From the NCBI GenBank assembly GCA_963674705.1, contig OY771506.1, forward strand, positions 4,960,001-5,024,000: 64,000 bases of DNA, in the 5' to 3' direction. A program made the translations under genes and the position numbers. Origin of the DNA: Phycisphaeraceae bacterium. Lineage in GTDB: Bacteria > Planctomycetota > Phycisphaerae > Phycisphaerales > Phycisphaeraceae. The notes under the pieces were generated by a model, which worked only from the letters and a program-made list of their open reading frames with translations, was not told the origin of the DNA and searched no databases. Numbering within the stretch: position 1 is the stretch's first letter; the number at the start of each line of letters is the position of its first letter. Below are positions 29,733-40,900 of this stretch, one piece after another.

Positions 29733-30830
29733 TTAATCTTTCCCGCTAGTTTCTAACCCCAGCGCCTCAACCACATATGCAATCGGCTTGCCATCACTGA
29801 CGACTGCGAAGCCGCCTTTGTAATCCCACATGGTCCAGGCGATGTGGTTGGCTTCGAGGGTTTGGCGTACATCGCGCAGCCAGGCTTCACGGGCCTCCGG
29901 GGGTGCGGACTTCATGTAGACGCCGAACTCGTTGCAGGATAGCGTCAGCCCGCCGTGCTGCTTCGCCCACGTCGCAGCTTTGCCGATCTCTTCACGCACC
30001 TTGTCCGGCCCCCATCCGCTTTGACCGTAGTTCGTGATGTCGTTGACAGCCGCGGGATCATCCGTCTTTGCCAGTGCCGCCTTGATCCCTTCTTCGTTTA
30101 CAGGATATGGCAAGCCCTGCATATACCGCCAGTGCGGCGCACCCCACGTCGCCGCCTGATGGGTGAATTGATGCGGGTCGTAGAAGTGGAAGTTGTAGAC
30201 CACGTTGTTATCGAAGATCGGCGTCAGTTCTGCGAGTTGAGTCACGCCGCTCCACCTTCCGCCGGTCAGGATGATCGTGTGTTTGGGCGCTACCGCACGC
30301 ACCGCATCGTGCAGCTCAGCTTGCAACGGCTCCCACTGCTCGGTCGTCAGCACCGGCTCATTCAACAACTCAAACCGCACATGCGCCGGGTCCGTATCCG
30401 CAAATAGATGCGCCAGCTTCTGCCAGAACTCGATAAATGCTTTGCGTGCCTCGGGATCATCGGCAAGCGCCTCTTTGAAGTCCTGCTCCGGATGCACATC
30501 GACAATCACGTTCAGGTCGTTTGCGAGGATCATGTCCGCCGTCTGCCGGTACATCGACCAGCCGTCATAGCCTTCCGCAGTAAGCACATCGGGATTCACC
30601 GTAAACCGCACGTGGTCGAATCCAATCGACTTGATGAGTTTGATGTCTTCTTCGGTGTTGAACGTACGCAGGTGCTGCGTCCGCTCCATGCGCGAATAGA
30701 TCTGCGCATACCAGTGGCTGAGATTGATGCCGCGATCAAAACCGTCGTTACCCGGGCCGGCGTGGGTTGAGGTGGTTGATAGACAGATGCTCAGACTCAA
30801 AACAATGCAGAAGATGATTTGGCGCAGCAT
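29733..30830 (-). CDS. secreted glycoside hydrolase family 5
   Basis: RGINLS, GFDHVR, ELLNEP, FHFYDP, EFG and WTMW motifs. Confidence 0.92.
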   Translation of the reverse strand: MLRQIIFCIVLSLSICLSTTSTHAGPGNDGFDRGINLSHWYAQIYSRMERTQHLRTFNTEEDIKLIKSIGFDHVRFTVNPDVLTAEGYDGWSMYRQTADMILANDLNVIVDVHPEQDFKEALADDPEARKAFIEFWQKLAHLFADTDPAHVRFELLNEPVLTTEQWEPLQAELHDAVRAVAPKHTIILTGGRWSGVTQLAELTPIFDNNVVYNFHFYDPHQFTHQAATWGAPHWRYMQGLPYPVNEEGIKAALAKTDDPAAVNDITNYGQSGWGPDKVREEIGKAATWAKQHGGLTLSCNEFGVYMKSAPPEAREAWLRDVRQTLEANHIAWTMWDYKGGFAVVSDGKPIAYVVEALGLETSGKD

Positions 30831-30930
30831 GTTCGTCTCCCAATATTGATTCGTTATCTGTTGCCGACGTTAACAGATTGTACACGAGGATTATCTACTA
30901 CAGAAATGGCATGGAACGAATTATGTTCCT

Positions 30931-31060
30931 CCCTTCTCCCCTCGGGAGCCCCGGAATAGGCAAGGATGAGGGCCGGGTGGATTGTGTGTACATGTATCAA
31001 ATATGAATACAAATACAAAAAAACGGCCCTCACCCCGGCCCACTCCCAAGGGAGAGGGGG
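30931..31060. repeat. inverted pair of CCCTCTCCC/GGGTGAGGG repeats around an AT-rich spacer
   Basis: 30931-30977 pairs with 31024-31060. Confidence 0.8.
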
Positions 31061-31171
31061 TTAGCACAGACCTTGAATGACACGTTAGAAATGAACTAAG
31101 CATCATCGCAATGAAAAACCCCTCGCTTCCGCAAGGGGCTATTTCGTAGCTGATAATTAATAATTGCGGGT

Positions 31172-31780
31172 TCACGCCGCGTGTGTGAGCGACAGGCCCG
31201 GCGAATCGTCCGTGTTCTGATCGGCTTCATCTTCTTCATCATGCCCGTGATCCAGCTTTAATTCCTGAACGCGTGTGCGCTCGCAATCCAGCGCGGCGGC
31301 GAGCGATTCCTGCGCCCGGCGGATGCGCGCCAGGCTTGCCCATTCTTCATCCATCTCTTCACGCAACGCATGAACTTCCTTGCGTTGTTCGTTCAACTCG
31401 CTGCGTGATCGCTCAAGACGGGCCTGTTCGTTTTCGAGCGTCTGCATGCCCTGCTCGTAGGCGGCTTTTTCCTTGTCGAACATCAGCTTCGCACGTTTGT
31501 ACGCATCCTGATCCAGTTCAAGCCGGCTGCGGGCGATCTCGATCCGCTTCTGCTCTTCATCGAGTTCCTGCTCACGACGTGCGACGACCTCCGTCCGCTG
31601 CTGGATCGATGTCTGCGTTTCCCGCTGCCATTGGCGCAGGCTCTCGCATCGCTGCTGCACCTCGTCCAGCAGGGTCGCGGCGTTGGGTAGCGATGTCAAC
31701 GCGTCAGCAGGATTCGCCGACGGCTGCTGCGGCAGCTCGGTGCTCTGCTCGTTATCTTTGTGTTTCTTGGGTTTGGCCAT
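31172..31780 (-). CDS. coiled-coil hypothetical protein
   Basis: E/Q/R-rich heptad pattern; GGGAG RBS. Confidence 0.7.
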   Translation of the reverse strand: MAKPKKHKDNEQSTELPQQPSANPADALTSLPNAATLLDEVQQRCESLRQWQRETQTSIQQRTEVVARREQELDEEQKRIEIARSRLELDQDAYKRAKLMFDKEKAAYEQGMQTLENEQARLERSRSELNEQRKEVHALREEMDEEWASLARIRRAQESLAAALDCERTRVQELKLDHGHDEEDEADQNTDDSPGLSLTHAA

Positions 31781-32003
31781 GTACTACTGCTCCCTGGGTC
31801 CTGACAGAAGAAAATCCCCTATCCGTTACATCGTGTATTCAGGGCCTAATCTTCAGGACTGGTCTAACCCGAACCGCCCTGTATTTGACATGGCAAACCC
31901 GATCCGTGCTTCACCCCCGCCCCGGCTTTGCCGATAACTGACCGGGTGGGCTGTTTCTATCGGAAAAGTGCAAGTTCCGCCCAACGAATACAGGGAGCAA
32001 GCC

Positions 32004-32354
32004 ATGGATACCGAAGGAATCCAGATCGATCCGCATGGTGATTTGGCGATCCTCAAGATCGAGTCGCCGATGCTCACCAACCTCGAGGCCGACCGGCTGC
32101 TCCAGGCGATGCGAGAGTATCACCTGCAGACCGGTTGCGTCCGCTTCGTCATCGACATGAGCCCGGTCGACTTCATCGACTCGGCCTGCATCGGCTCGCT
32201 GGTCTCGTTCCTGATCGAGATCGACAAGCAAGGCGGCAAACTCATGCTTTCCGCCTGCCAGAGCAGCGTCGAAGAACTGCTGAAAATCACGGGCCTGACC
32301 ACGCATATCAAGCTGGTCACCTCGATTGAAGAAGCCGAAAAACTGGCCGCGTGA
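32004..32354 (+). CDS. STAS domain anti-sigma factor antagonist
   Basis: VIDMSPVDFIDSACIGSLV..GGKL..V..LLKITGL pattern. Confidence 0.88.
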   Translation: MDTEGIQIDPHGDLAILKIESPMLTNLEADRLLQAMREYHLQTGCVRFVIDMSPVDFIDSACIGSLVSFLIEIDKQGGKLMLSACQSSVEELLKITGLTTHIKLVTSIEEAEKLAA

Positions 32355-32370
32355 TTCAATCCTGACACGC

Positions 32371-32706
32371 ATGAACGAAAGACATCTTGCCATGCGGCTA
32401 TTCCCCAGACATATCATGGGCCTGCTGCTTGTCTTCGCTGTATTGCTTACCGGCTGTGGCGAAGATCGCTTTGATCCGTCCAACCTCTCCAAGGGCATGG
32501 ACCGCTCCGCCATCATCGCATACTACGGCACGCCGGATAAACGCAGCATCCACGAACACGCCGAACGCCTGACCTACAAGGACGGCGAACACTATCAGTA
32601 CCTGCTCATGCTCGTTGATGGCAAACTTGAATACTGGACGCAGGACCGCATTTATCAGTCCACCCGTTTCAGCAACATCAAGACCTGGGAACAGGCCAGC
32701 CGCTGA
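32371..32706 (+). CDS. small lipoprotein (SmpA/BamE-like pattern)
   Basis: LTGC lipobox and LSKGM...I...YGTP motif. Start uncertain. Confidence 0.6.
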   Translation: MNERHLAMRLFPRHIMGLLLVFAVLLTGCGEDRFDPSNLSKGMDRSAIIAYYGTPDKRSIHEHAERLTYKDGEHYQYLLMLVDGKLEYWTQDRIYQSTRFSNIKTWEQASR

Positions 32707-32844
32707 TCCACGGCCGATAATAAAGACAAATGTCTAGATAACACCGCTTCGGACCTTTTCGCCGATCTATTGCTTAGTGCTGTCGATCGCGCAGCCCATG
32801 CTGCCGTGATCCTGATGCCCGTCGTAGATTCAGCGGAGAGATTC

Positions 32845-33120
32845 ATGGCCGGTAAAACGATGACTTTCGGAGCCTGGAAACGCAAGGTAGGCAACGCTGT
32901 GGAACTGCGGCGGGCCCCGGCCATGCTGAACCTGACACCCGCCGAAGTCGGCTCACTGGTCAAGCGAAAAAAACTCCCTATCCACTCCTTCCGTACGCCG
33001 GATGGCATCACCATCCGCCTCGTCCGCCGCGCCGACCTGGACATGGTCAAAGCCAGCATGCGTAAACCGCAACTGTGCGACCTTGTCTCCGCCTTGGAGG
33101 TCATGGCCGCCCAACCCTGA
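32845..33120 (+). CDS. small basic hypothetical protein, possibly DNA-binding
   Basis: GGAG RBS; excisionase/HTH_17-like pattern (weak). Confidence 0.55.
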   Translation: MAGKTMTFGAWKRKVGNAVELRRAPAMLNLTPAEVGSLVKRKKLPIHSFRTPDGITIRLVRRADLDMVKASMRKPQLCDLVSALEVMAAQP

Positions 33121-33148
33121 CCGTCATCACGCATCCGGAAACGTAAAC

Positions 33149-33826
33149 ATGAAAGCGATGAGGCGGGTCATCCTTCCACTGTTGTTGTGTATGCTCAGCT
33201 TTGCTGCGGGCTGTCATAACGCGGGCGTCGCACCGAAGGACTGGACCGGTTCACCCTACATCGCTGACGCCGAAGACGCACCAAACGCCACAGGCAAGCT
33301 CCAGGTCTTCATCTGCTACGGCCTCGTCCTCTCTAATCACACCGCACTCCGCCTGGAAACGCCCGACAAACCCACGCTCATGTGGGACCCCGGTGGCACG
33401 TTCAAACAAGATGACCCCGAATACGCTCGCAAGTATGACGTGCTGACACGCAACGCCTCGACCGTCGAACAATGGTGGTATTACCGCGGAAAAATGTGCA
33501 ACGAGCCGACCATGCACATGTACGAATGGTCGATCGATGCGGATCAGGCCGATCGCTTGCGCACGATTCTACTAACGCGTTACGATCCGCTCGATGAATC
33601 GCAGGAGTTCTGGCCGGACGCGAATGGCCTAGCCTGCTGTCGGCGTGTCAGCCAGTTCCTCATGCGTTTTGCGGATGGCAGACCCGGCGTCGACGAAGTC
33701 TACTTCTGGCCTCACAAACTCGGTGAACACCTCTGGACGCAAAAGCCCGACCGCGTCGTCATATTCAAAAAGAACGGCCCGATCACCGTCTATCAACTCG
33801 CCACCGACTCGCCACCCGTAAACTGA
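33149..33826 (+). CDS. hypothetical lipoprotein
   Basis: AAGC lipobox; HTALR..WDPGG..and a late Cys (permuted papain-like pattern, tentative). Confidence 0.65.
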   Translation: MKAMRRVILPLLLCMLSFAAGCHNAGVAPKDWTGSPYIADAEDAPNATGKLQVFICYGLVLSNHTALRLETPDKPTLMWDPGGTFKQDDPEYARKYDVLTRNASTVEQWWYYRGKMCNEPTMHMYEWSIDADQADRLRTILLTRYDPLDESQEFWPDANGLACCRRVSQFLMRFADGRPGVDEVYFWPHKLGEHLWTQKPDRVVIFKKNGPITVYQLATDSPPVN

Positions 33827-34743
33827 ATCAATAGCACGATCCCCAGAACAGCCACGACCGCCCCCGCCATCGCCCGCCACGTCACACGCTCGCCCATCAC
33901 CGCCGCGATCGGCAACACAAATAGTGTGCTGGTCGTCACCAGTGTCTGCGCGATCCCCGCCTTCGTGTGATCGATCGCGACCTGGTACAGCCAGATCCCT
34001 AAAAACGTGCCGAAGAAAACCGCTACCACAAACAGCCCCCATCTTGATAACGTCATCTTGGGCCGCTGTACTTTCGCCTTCGCGTCCATGTGCATCATCA
34101 CCGGCAATAAGAAGCACACCGCCACCACACCCGACATGATACGGATCAACGCCGCCACATCTGCACGAGCTTCCGAGTTCTCCATCGCATCGCGCGATAC
34201 CGTCGCCGCCACCGCCGCACATAATGAAAACGCGATCCCCCACATCACCCCCCTGCCCGTGTGATGCTCCGTTTCCGCAGGCCCTTTGATCTCCGCACGC
34301 TCCGTGATGACCCACGCCACCCCCGCCATCGTCGTGATGATCCCCACCCACGCCTGCCAGCGAAGTGTTTCCCCCGGGTAATACAGCCCGATCAACGCCG
34401 TCAACGGCGGCCCAAGCGTCGCCATCAACATCGCCCGCCGCGCGCCGAGTTGCCGAAGTGATGCAAAGAAACACGTATCGCCCAACCCGATCCCGATCAC
34501 CCCGCTGACCGCGAGCAGTGTGAATGTCTTGCTATCCATCGCCCCGAGCGGCTTGCCCGCCAGTAGCCATCCCGCCCCGATCATCAGCGCCAGCAGGAAA
34601 CTCGCGATCAGCCCTTTCAGCAGGTTCATCATCCCCGGCGACAACCGGTACCCGATCGGTCGATACATCACCGTCGACAGCGCCCAACAAAACGCCGCCG
34701 ACAACGCCATCAACTCGCCGAGATGTTTTTCAAATAGCACCAT
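33793..34743 (-). CDS. DMT/EamA family transporter
   Basis: About 10 TM segments in two EamA repeats (SGVIGIGLGD; GERVT). Confidence 0.9.
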   Translation of the reverse strand: MVLFEKHLGELMALSAAFCWALSTVMYRPIGYRLSPGMMNLLKGLIASFLLALMIGAGWLLAGKPLGAMDSKTFTLLAVSGVIGIGLGDTCFFASLRQLGARRAMLMATLGPPLTALIGLYYPGETLRWQAWVGIITTMAGVAWVITERAEIKGPAETEHHTGRGVMWGIAFSLCAAVAATVSRDAMENSEARADVAALIRIMSGVVAVCFLLPVMMHMDAKAKVQRPKMTLSRWGLFVVAVFFGTFLGIWLYQVAIDHTKAGIAQTLVTTSTLFVLPIAAVMGERVTWRAMAGAVVAVLGIVLLIQFTGGESVAS

Positions 34744-34808
34744 ACACCGCCTGCTCCCTACTCAGCAGGCGGAGAATGTAGCACTAATTTCAATACGAAG
34801 GAAGATCA

Positions 34809-34974
34809 TTAGCCACCGATGAACACGGATAAACACAGATAAGAGAAAGAATTTAACTCGGATGAATCGGATGTATCGGATAAAGCTTCTAATTCCAGAT
34901 TTTACACGGATCCGATGTATCCGATGAATCCGAGCAATTGATATCTGTGTTCATCCGTGTTCATCGGTGGCTAA
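34809..34974. repeat. nested long inverted repeats
   Basis: Outer arms 34809-34841 / 34942-34974 (32/33 complementary); inner arms 34857-34881 / 34910-34934 (21/25). Confidence 0.92.
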
Positions 34975-35012
34975 ATATGGTTTTAAGGAGTCGCTCTCTG
35001 CTTACTCCCACA

Positions 35013-35291
35013 TCATTCCATCTCCCCGACATCGACTTCATCCCAGTTGATATCCTTCATCGTTTCGCGGAAGTCCGCCAGGGCTTCCCGGGCCAGGTCG
35101 AGGTCTTTCTCCCAGACCATCACCTTGACCTCGCCGAAGGTTTCGGCGCGGAAGCCGGCGGTCAGGCCGCCCTCGGCGACGGCGTCGATGCCGCGGTCCT
35201 TCAGCGCCGCGATGATCATCTCCGCCTGGCCCTCGCCGGGCGTGGATGTCAGGGGTTTGAGGAAGTCGGTTTCATCAGACGGATGTGTCAT
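35013..35291 (-). CDS. DUF2007-like putative signal-transducing protein
   Basis: AEMIIAALKDRGI.A...VKVMV...D...AREAL pattern. Confidence 0.75.
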   Translation of the reverse strand: MTHPSDETDFLKPLTSTPGEGQAEMIIAALKDRGIDAVAEGGLTAGFRAETFGEVKVMVWEKDLDLAREALADFRETMKDINWDEVDVGEME

Positions 35292-35436
35292 GTACTTACC
35301 CTCTCCTGATGCGTGCAAATACTGTTTGCATCATTATAGCCTCCGATAAATACTTCCGGACTTTGGCATGCTATTATTTGTCTGATTCCCGGCACAAGGT
35401 GATATCCCATTAACTTCTGGCCGATAAGCTTTCGGT

Positions 35437-36051
35437 ATGACCACGGCTGCAAACAACCCGGCTGCGAATCACCCGGCATCCTCCGAGCCGCTATCCGAAC
35501 AGCATTACCGTGAGATGCGTGAAGCCAAGGTGCGGCGTAAAAAGATCGACGTCGCCATCGGTGTCGCCACGTTCAACGGCTGGAGCCTCGGGATCTTTGC
35601 GGGCCTCAGCGCGCTGATCCTGCCGTTCTCGATCAGCCTGCTGGGTGTGCTTATTACAGTGGGACTGGCCTGGGTCGCGTACACGGAATTCCAAGGCCGA
35701 ACCATGCTGCGCCAGTTGAATCCGGATGCGGCGAAAAAGTTAGCCTACAACCAGATCGCGCTGGCGGGAGTGATCGTGGGTTATTGCCTCTGGAACATCA
35801 TCGACACCGTCGCCGGTCCCGGCGCTTATGCGGAAGTCATCGAACGCAATCCCGAACTCGAGCAGATGCTCGGTGGCACGGGTGAAGTCATCCAAATGCT
35901 TACGGTAGTGGTTTACAGCGTCGTAATTGTGCTGACGATTCCCTACCAGGCGTTAATCGCCTGGTACTACTACAGCCGAGCAAAGCACATCCGGCAGTAT
36001 GTGAGTCAGACGCCGCGGTGGGTGACAAATCTACAAAAAGAAGCGGCGTAA
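35437..36051 (+). CDS. hypothetical membrane protein
   Basis: About 4 TM segments in a 204-aa ORF. Confidence 0.7.
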   Translation: MTTAANNPAANHPASSEPLSEQHYREMREAKVRRKKIDVAIGVATFNGWSLGIFAGLSALILPFSISLLGVLITVGLAWVAYTEFQGRTMLRQLNPDAAKKLAYNQIALAGVIVGYCLWNIIDTVAGPGAYAEVIERNPELEQMLGGTGEVIQMLTVVVYSVVIVLTIPYQALIAWYYYSRAKHIRQYVSQTPRWVTNLQKEAA

Positions 36052-36122
36052 TACACGCGGTATAATGTGCAACCAGGTGTTTCAGGGGTAACAGGAAGTA
36101 TGCCAAGCGTACGGAGACGGAC

Positions 36123-36368
36123 ATGATCGGCTGCCGAGAATGTGGAGGCATCATCCGGGGAACGATGGGTGTAGCGCGTTCGGTTCTGGGTGTGCAGAAG
36201 TTATCACAAGGTGCGATTCGTCAACGCATGGACTTCTGCCGTGAATGCGAACATTCTGTGGCCTGTAAGCATAACGAACGACAAGTCTGCAAATGCAAGG
36301 CCTGCGGATGCTGGCTTAGCCTCAAGACGAAGTTGCGTAACGAACGATGTCCGATCGGTAAATGGTAA
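36123..36368 (+). CDS. small Cys-rich protein (DUF6171-like)
   Basis: R...CRECEH..CKACGCWL..K.....CPIGKW pattern; GGAG RBS. Confidence 0.7.
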   Translation: MIGCRECGGIIRGTMGVARSVLGVQKLSQGAIRQRMDFCRECEHSVACKHNERQVCKCKACGCWLSLKTKLRNERCPIGKW

Positions 36369-36559
36369 AGTTGCAGGCACTTCTTTTTATACACATTTTA
36401 ATGGTGTGATTCTTTGAATTGAGACCCGGTTTTATTTTCAGCCGTGTTAACAATTATCCTCAATTTAAACTGTAAAAATAGCCGATGTTCTGCCTAGGGT
36501 TAACCCCGCTTAATAAACGTCATTAGCGTACCATTCTTGTTTATCAACGGAGTTCTGCA

Positions 36560-37186
36560 ATGCCTGCGATGGGTCTAACTGTCTACGTACAGTTTCCGGG
36601 CAAATCCACAAAGCGTGTGCTACATCCGACCTTGGTCACGAATGTGTCCGGGTCCGATACGATGACGCTGTTGCCGGAAGACCAGTCATTGGCATTTGAA
36701 GTCGGGCAGGAGTTCCTGATCTTCTTCGAAAGATCGCGGCAGTTCATGCAACAGCCGGCCAGGGTCGAGGCCTTGATGGAAATCGAAGAAGGCACCGTCG
36801 TGGCTCTGAAAACCGTTGGTGAACCGGTCTCCGCAGAAGGCCGGCAGTGTTACCGGGTCAGCACGGTGTTGAGCGATCTGGCCGTGACTTTTGGTGGGCG
36901 AGAAAACTGCCCGTTGCGTGATGTCAGTGTCAGTGGCTTCGCGGTCAGTTCACCCGACAGCTACCACCAGGGCCAGATCGTGGACGCGGTGCTCCACTTC
37001 GAGGGTCAGCGTTTTTCCGGGCAAGTGAGTATCCAGAGTATCGCAACATTACCGGACGGCTCGACACGCTACGGGGTTAACTGCGTGAAGTCCAAGCCCG
37101 CGTCGGATTCATTAAGCAAAGGTGTCCAGCACATCAGCATGGCGATCCAACGCCAGCAACTTAACCGCATGGCCGGCGGCGCCTGA
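36560..37186 (+). CDS. PilZ domain protein
   Basis: RQCYRV (RxxxR) and DVSVSG (DxSxxG) motifs. Confidence 0.8.
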   Translation: MPAMGLTVYVQFPGKSTKRVLHPTLVTNVSGSDTMTLLPEDQSLAFEVGQEFLIFFERSRQFMQQPARVEALMEIEEGTVVALKTVGEPVSAEGRQCYRVSTVLSDLAVTFGGRENCPLRDVSVSGFAVSSPDSYHQGQIVDAVLHFEGQRFSGQVSIQSIATLPDGSTRYGVNCVKSKPASDSLSKGVQHISMAIQRQQLNRMAGGA

Positions 37187-37285
37187 TTCAACTGGATTAC
37201 TCTGTCTTTCAAACCGATGTCAATTGTTGGGGTGTGAAATCCCTAAGGGTTACGCACCGTGTTTATCGGTCCTACAAAGATTGCC

Positions 37286-37909
37286 ATGCTAGAAGTCAAT
37301 CTGCTACATATCGACAAGAGCAAGATCGCCAGGAACCTGCTTGCCAAGGGATTGGATTCCATCGCCAACATCACCGGCGTGGGTTCGTTGGCTGAAGCGA
37401 GACAAGAGATCGCCAAGGGGTCTCACAACTTCATCATTCTCGATTACGAGCTGCCTGATGGGGACGGCCTGACGTTCGCAGAAGAAGTCCGCAAACACCC
37501 GGATCACGCCAAAACACCGATCATCCTCTACACGGCTTCGTTGAATAACGAACTGGAATACCGCGCGATGCAGGCGGGCATCAATGAAGGGCTGCACAAG
37601 CCGGTCGACATGTTTGAAATGATGCAGCACGTCGTCAAGCAGATCGAGCTACCACACGTCAAACGCATTCAAAGGCAACTATTACAACTGACTTGCTTCA
37701 GTTGGAAAGCCGACGGCAAATACCACGAATACTCCCCCGACCTGAACCTGCTGCTGACCGGAGACAACCTGCATGAACTCCGACAGCAGATGCACGGTGA
37801 ACTCGAAGAACAGGTGCTGGCCAAGGACGATCCGAGCAAGTATCCGGCGGAAATCGAGATGTACAAGCACGTCATCACCCTGCCGCCTAAAAACGAACAA
37901 GCAGCGTGA
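37286..37909 (+). CDS. response regulator receiver protein with uncharacterised C-terminal domain
   Basis: IILDYELPDGDG, PIILYTA and KP motifs. Confidence 0.85.
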   Translation: MLEVNLLHIDKSKIARNLLAKGLDSIANITGVGSLAEARQEIAKGSHNFIILDYELPDGDGLTFAEEVRKHPDHAKTPIILYTASLNNELEYRAMQAGINEGLHKPVDMFEMMQHVVKQIELPHVKRIQRQLLQLTCFSWKADGKYHEYSPDLNLLLTGDNLHELRQQMHGELEEQVLAKDDPSKYPAEIEMYKHVITLPPKNEQAA

Positions 37910-37996
37910 CAGACCCGACGGAGGGACGGGTTTTCACGCTTGACTACATCTCATAATCAAGCATTCGAAATTCATCATAGACGCGGTGGTTGTGGA

Positions 37997-40900
37997 TCAC
38001 TCCCACAAACCGATCACCGGATCGTAGTCGGCCGCATCTTCCTCGACGAACGCGGAACGTGCTTCACTGCGCCAGGCAGCCAGCATTGCGCTGCTCGCCA
38101 CCGGTTCGGGAGTCTCGTCCAACGTAGACGCCGCCGTGGCCTCTGTCGAGGAAGCGGTAACCGGCTCGGTTACAGCAGAACCGACGGCGGCGGGTTGTGT
38201 GCCCGCGTTCCAGTTCGCCAGGACGATGTCCAGATCGTCCAACCCGACATACCCATCACCCGACAAATCAACCGCTGAATCCGCCGGCGGCACGGTCTGA
38301 TTCCAGCTTCCGAGCACCAGGTCCAGGTCACTGAGCCCCACGAAACCGTCACCATCAATATCGCCTACAAGTGTCGGCTCTGATTCATTAATCAATAAGG
38401 CATAATCACCGTAAGAGCCGATTTGCGCGCTGATAGCAACATACATCACACCATCACTGGTAGCGTTATACCCGACCTGTGCATGTGTCCCTCCGGTATT
38501 CGAGCCCGAGTCGTCACTGATGTAGTTGCCGCTGCCGTCATATAACGTGATCGCTGCGTCGGGTATCCCCAGATCAAATACCTGAATATCGTAATGCATA
38601 CCCGCTGATACATTGAAGCTGAAGTAATCCAGGTCGCTGTTGCTCTGGATACCACCGAACGCAGCACTTGATACCGGGCCGGTCGCTTCGGCAATTGTAT
38701 CACCGTGGTCGTCGGCTTCCTGGACACTCAGGATATACGTCCCGACGTCATCGATCGCAGCGATACGTATGTAATAGGTATCTGTATAAGATGGGGTGAA
38801 TGACAAGTTCGCCAGGATACCACCCGAAGCCGGCCCAACGTTTGACGCCAGTTGGGTACCTGCCTGAGTATACAAGGCAATCTGGGCCGAGGAAGCTGAA
38901 CCTGCGATAAGAGAAAACACGTACTCGGTACCCGATTCAAGGGATAGTTCAAACCAATCGGTATCCATGACCGTATCGATTGTGCCGATCGCCGCGGACG
39001 GCATGCTGGCCATGACGGTCGCGCTATCGTCATCGTTACCATGATCATCAGGTACGGTCGTGATCCCGTATTCGGCAAGCATTTCTGCAACCGTCCCGAA
39101 GAACACATCACCGTCAACGCCCCCGCTGATCCCCGGCACGGAGTCGCCGCCGCCGGAGTATTGCCAGAAGTCGTAACCGTTCCACACGCCGTCCGCATTA
39201 CCACCGGGCGGGCTGTCCGGATCGTTTGTCCAGTTCGCCAGCCACAGGTCATACACGTTGACACCGCTGGTGTACGCACTGGTCGCGTAATACGTATTGC
39301 TATAGATCAAGGGTTGAACGCCGGTGAGACGCTCGAATTCTTCCATGTAATCATGAATCCAGTTGGTCAATACCGTGTTATCCAGATCGATGGGGTAAGG
39401 CTCGTGCGGCGGCCCCGCTTCGATGTCGATCACCGGACGCAGATAACCATCCGTCAGATAAGGTGCGATCACGCTGGCGAACAGTTGGGCTTCTTCCACC
39501 GCGTCGTTGTAGCCGTCGGTCCAGGGTGTTACGAATTGATATGCACCGGCATAGATCCCCGCCGCCTTGGCTTGCACGATGTTGTAATAGAACCTTGTGT
39601 CGATCTCGCCATCGCGGTCAACCGCTCGAATAAACGCGAACTCTCGCCCGGATGCCGCAACCGTCGGCCAGTTGATCGTACCCTGCCACACCGACACGTC
39701 GATACCCAGGATATATCCACTGGTCGCAGCGGCAAGCGTCTCGCTCAACTCACCGCTGACCGCGTCTTCCACCGGCGCCGTACCCGCGTTCCAGTTCCCC
39801 AGCACGATGTCCAGGTCATCCAGGCCGACGAACCCGTCTCCCGAAGGATCGCCCGCAAGCCAATCGCCCGCTGTGACGCTCTGATTCCATGCACCCAGCA
39901 CGATGTCCATGTCGCTAAGCCCCACGAAACCGTCACCGTCCAGGTCGCCTATAAGCTGCGGATCGCTTTCAACCAATGTGATCGCGTAATCACCGAGAGT
40001 CCCGGCATTCGAATACACACTGATATACATCACGCCGTCACCCAAGGCACTCCAATCCATATGGACCAACGGGCTACTGCCGCCGTTACCTGTCGCTTGA
40101 GCGGTGATGGCACCCCCACTGTTGTACAGGTTCAGCACCGCGTCGGTCAGGTCCAGACCGATGATCTCAATGGTGTACTGCTTACCGGCCGTAGCGTTAA
40201 AGAAAAAGTAATCCTTGTCCGTTGCGGTCTGCAAACCCCCAAGCGCTAAACCTGAAGTCAGGTCAGTTGCTTCAGCGATCGAATCACCGTGGTCATCCGC
40301 TTCCTGAACCACCAGGTTGTAACTACCGATGCCTGATGAATCCACAGACAGGTAATACACCTGCGAGGAGACCGGCGTATACGTGATCTGCGCCAACGTA
40401 TCACCCGACGCCGGGCCCGAGTTCATCGTGATCTGGTTACCCAGATTCGTACGCAGCCGCAGTTCCGCCGAACTCAAACCATCCGTCAAAACACTGAAGC
40501 TGTACTCAACACCGGCTTCAAGGGTGACTTCAAACCAGTCGCTATCGTTGGTATTGCCGATCACACCCGCCGTCGTCGAAGGCAAGCCGATCACCGTCGC
40601 ACTCGCCACGTCATCCCCATGATCATCCGGCACGGTGCTGATCACGTACTTGGAGATAAACTCGTCGATGTTGCCGAGGAACACGTCCCCGTCAACGTTA
40701 CCGGAGATACCCGTCACACTCGTCGTGCTGGAGTATTGCCAGAGATCGTAGCTGTTCCAGATACCAGGCGCGGCAGGTGGGTTGTCAAAATCAGGGTCGC
40801 TGGGCCACCTCGGATACCACAAATCGTAAATGTTGACCGAACTATTCAACTCGCTGGTCGCGTAGGTCGTACCGGTGTAAATCACCGGGACAATCCCACC

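Noticed and set aside
31840..31935. c-di-GMP-I riboswitch candidate (GGCAAAC) before the STAS gene; similar at ~51280
   Set aside because: The GNRA-loop stem and the downstream GCAAAG/P3 elements are not present in the required order.
39041..40249. 402-aa plus-strand ORF and similar long overlapping ORFs (1171-2055, 25139-26035, 33629-34474)
   Set aside because: They are antisense or alternate-frame shadows of well-supported genes in GC-rich DNA and carry no motifs of their own.
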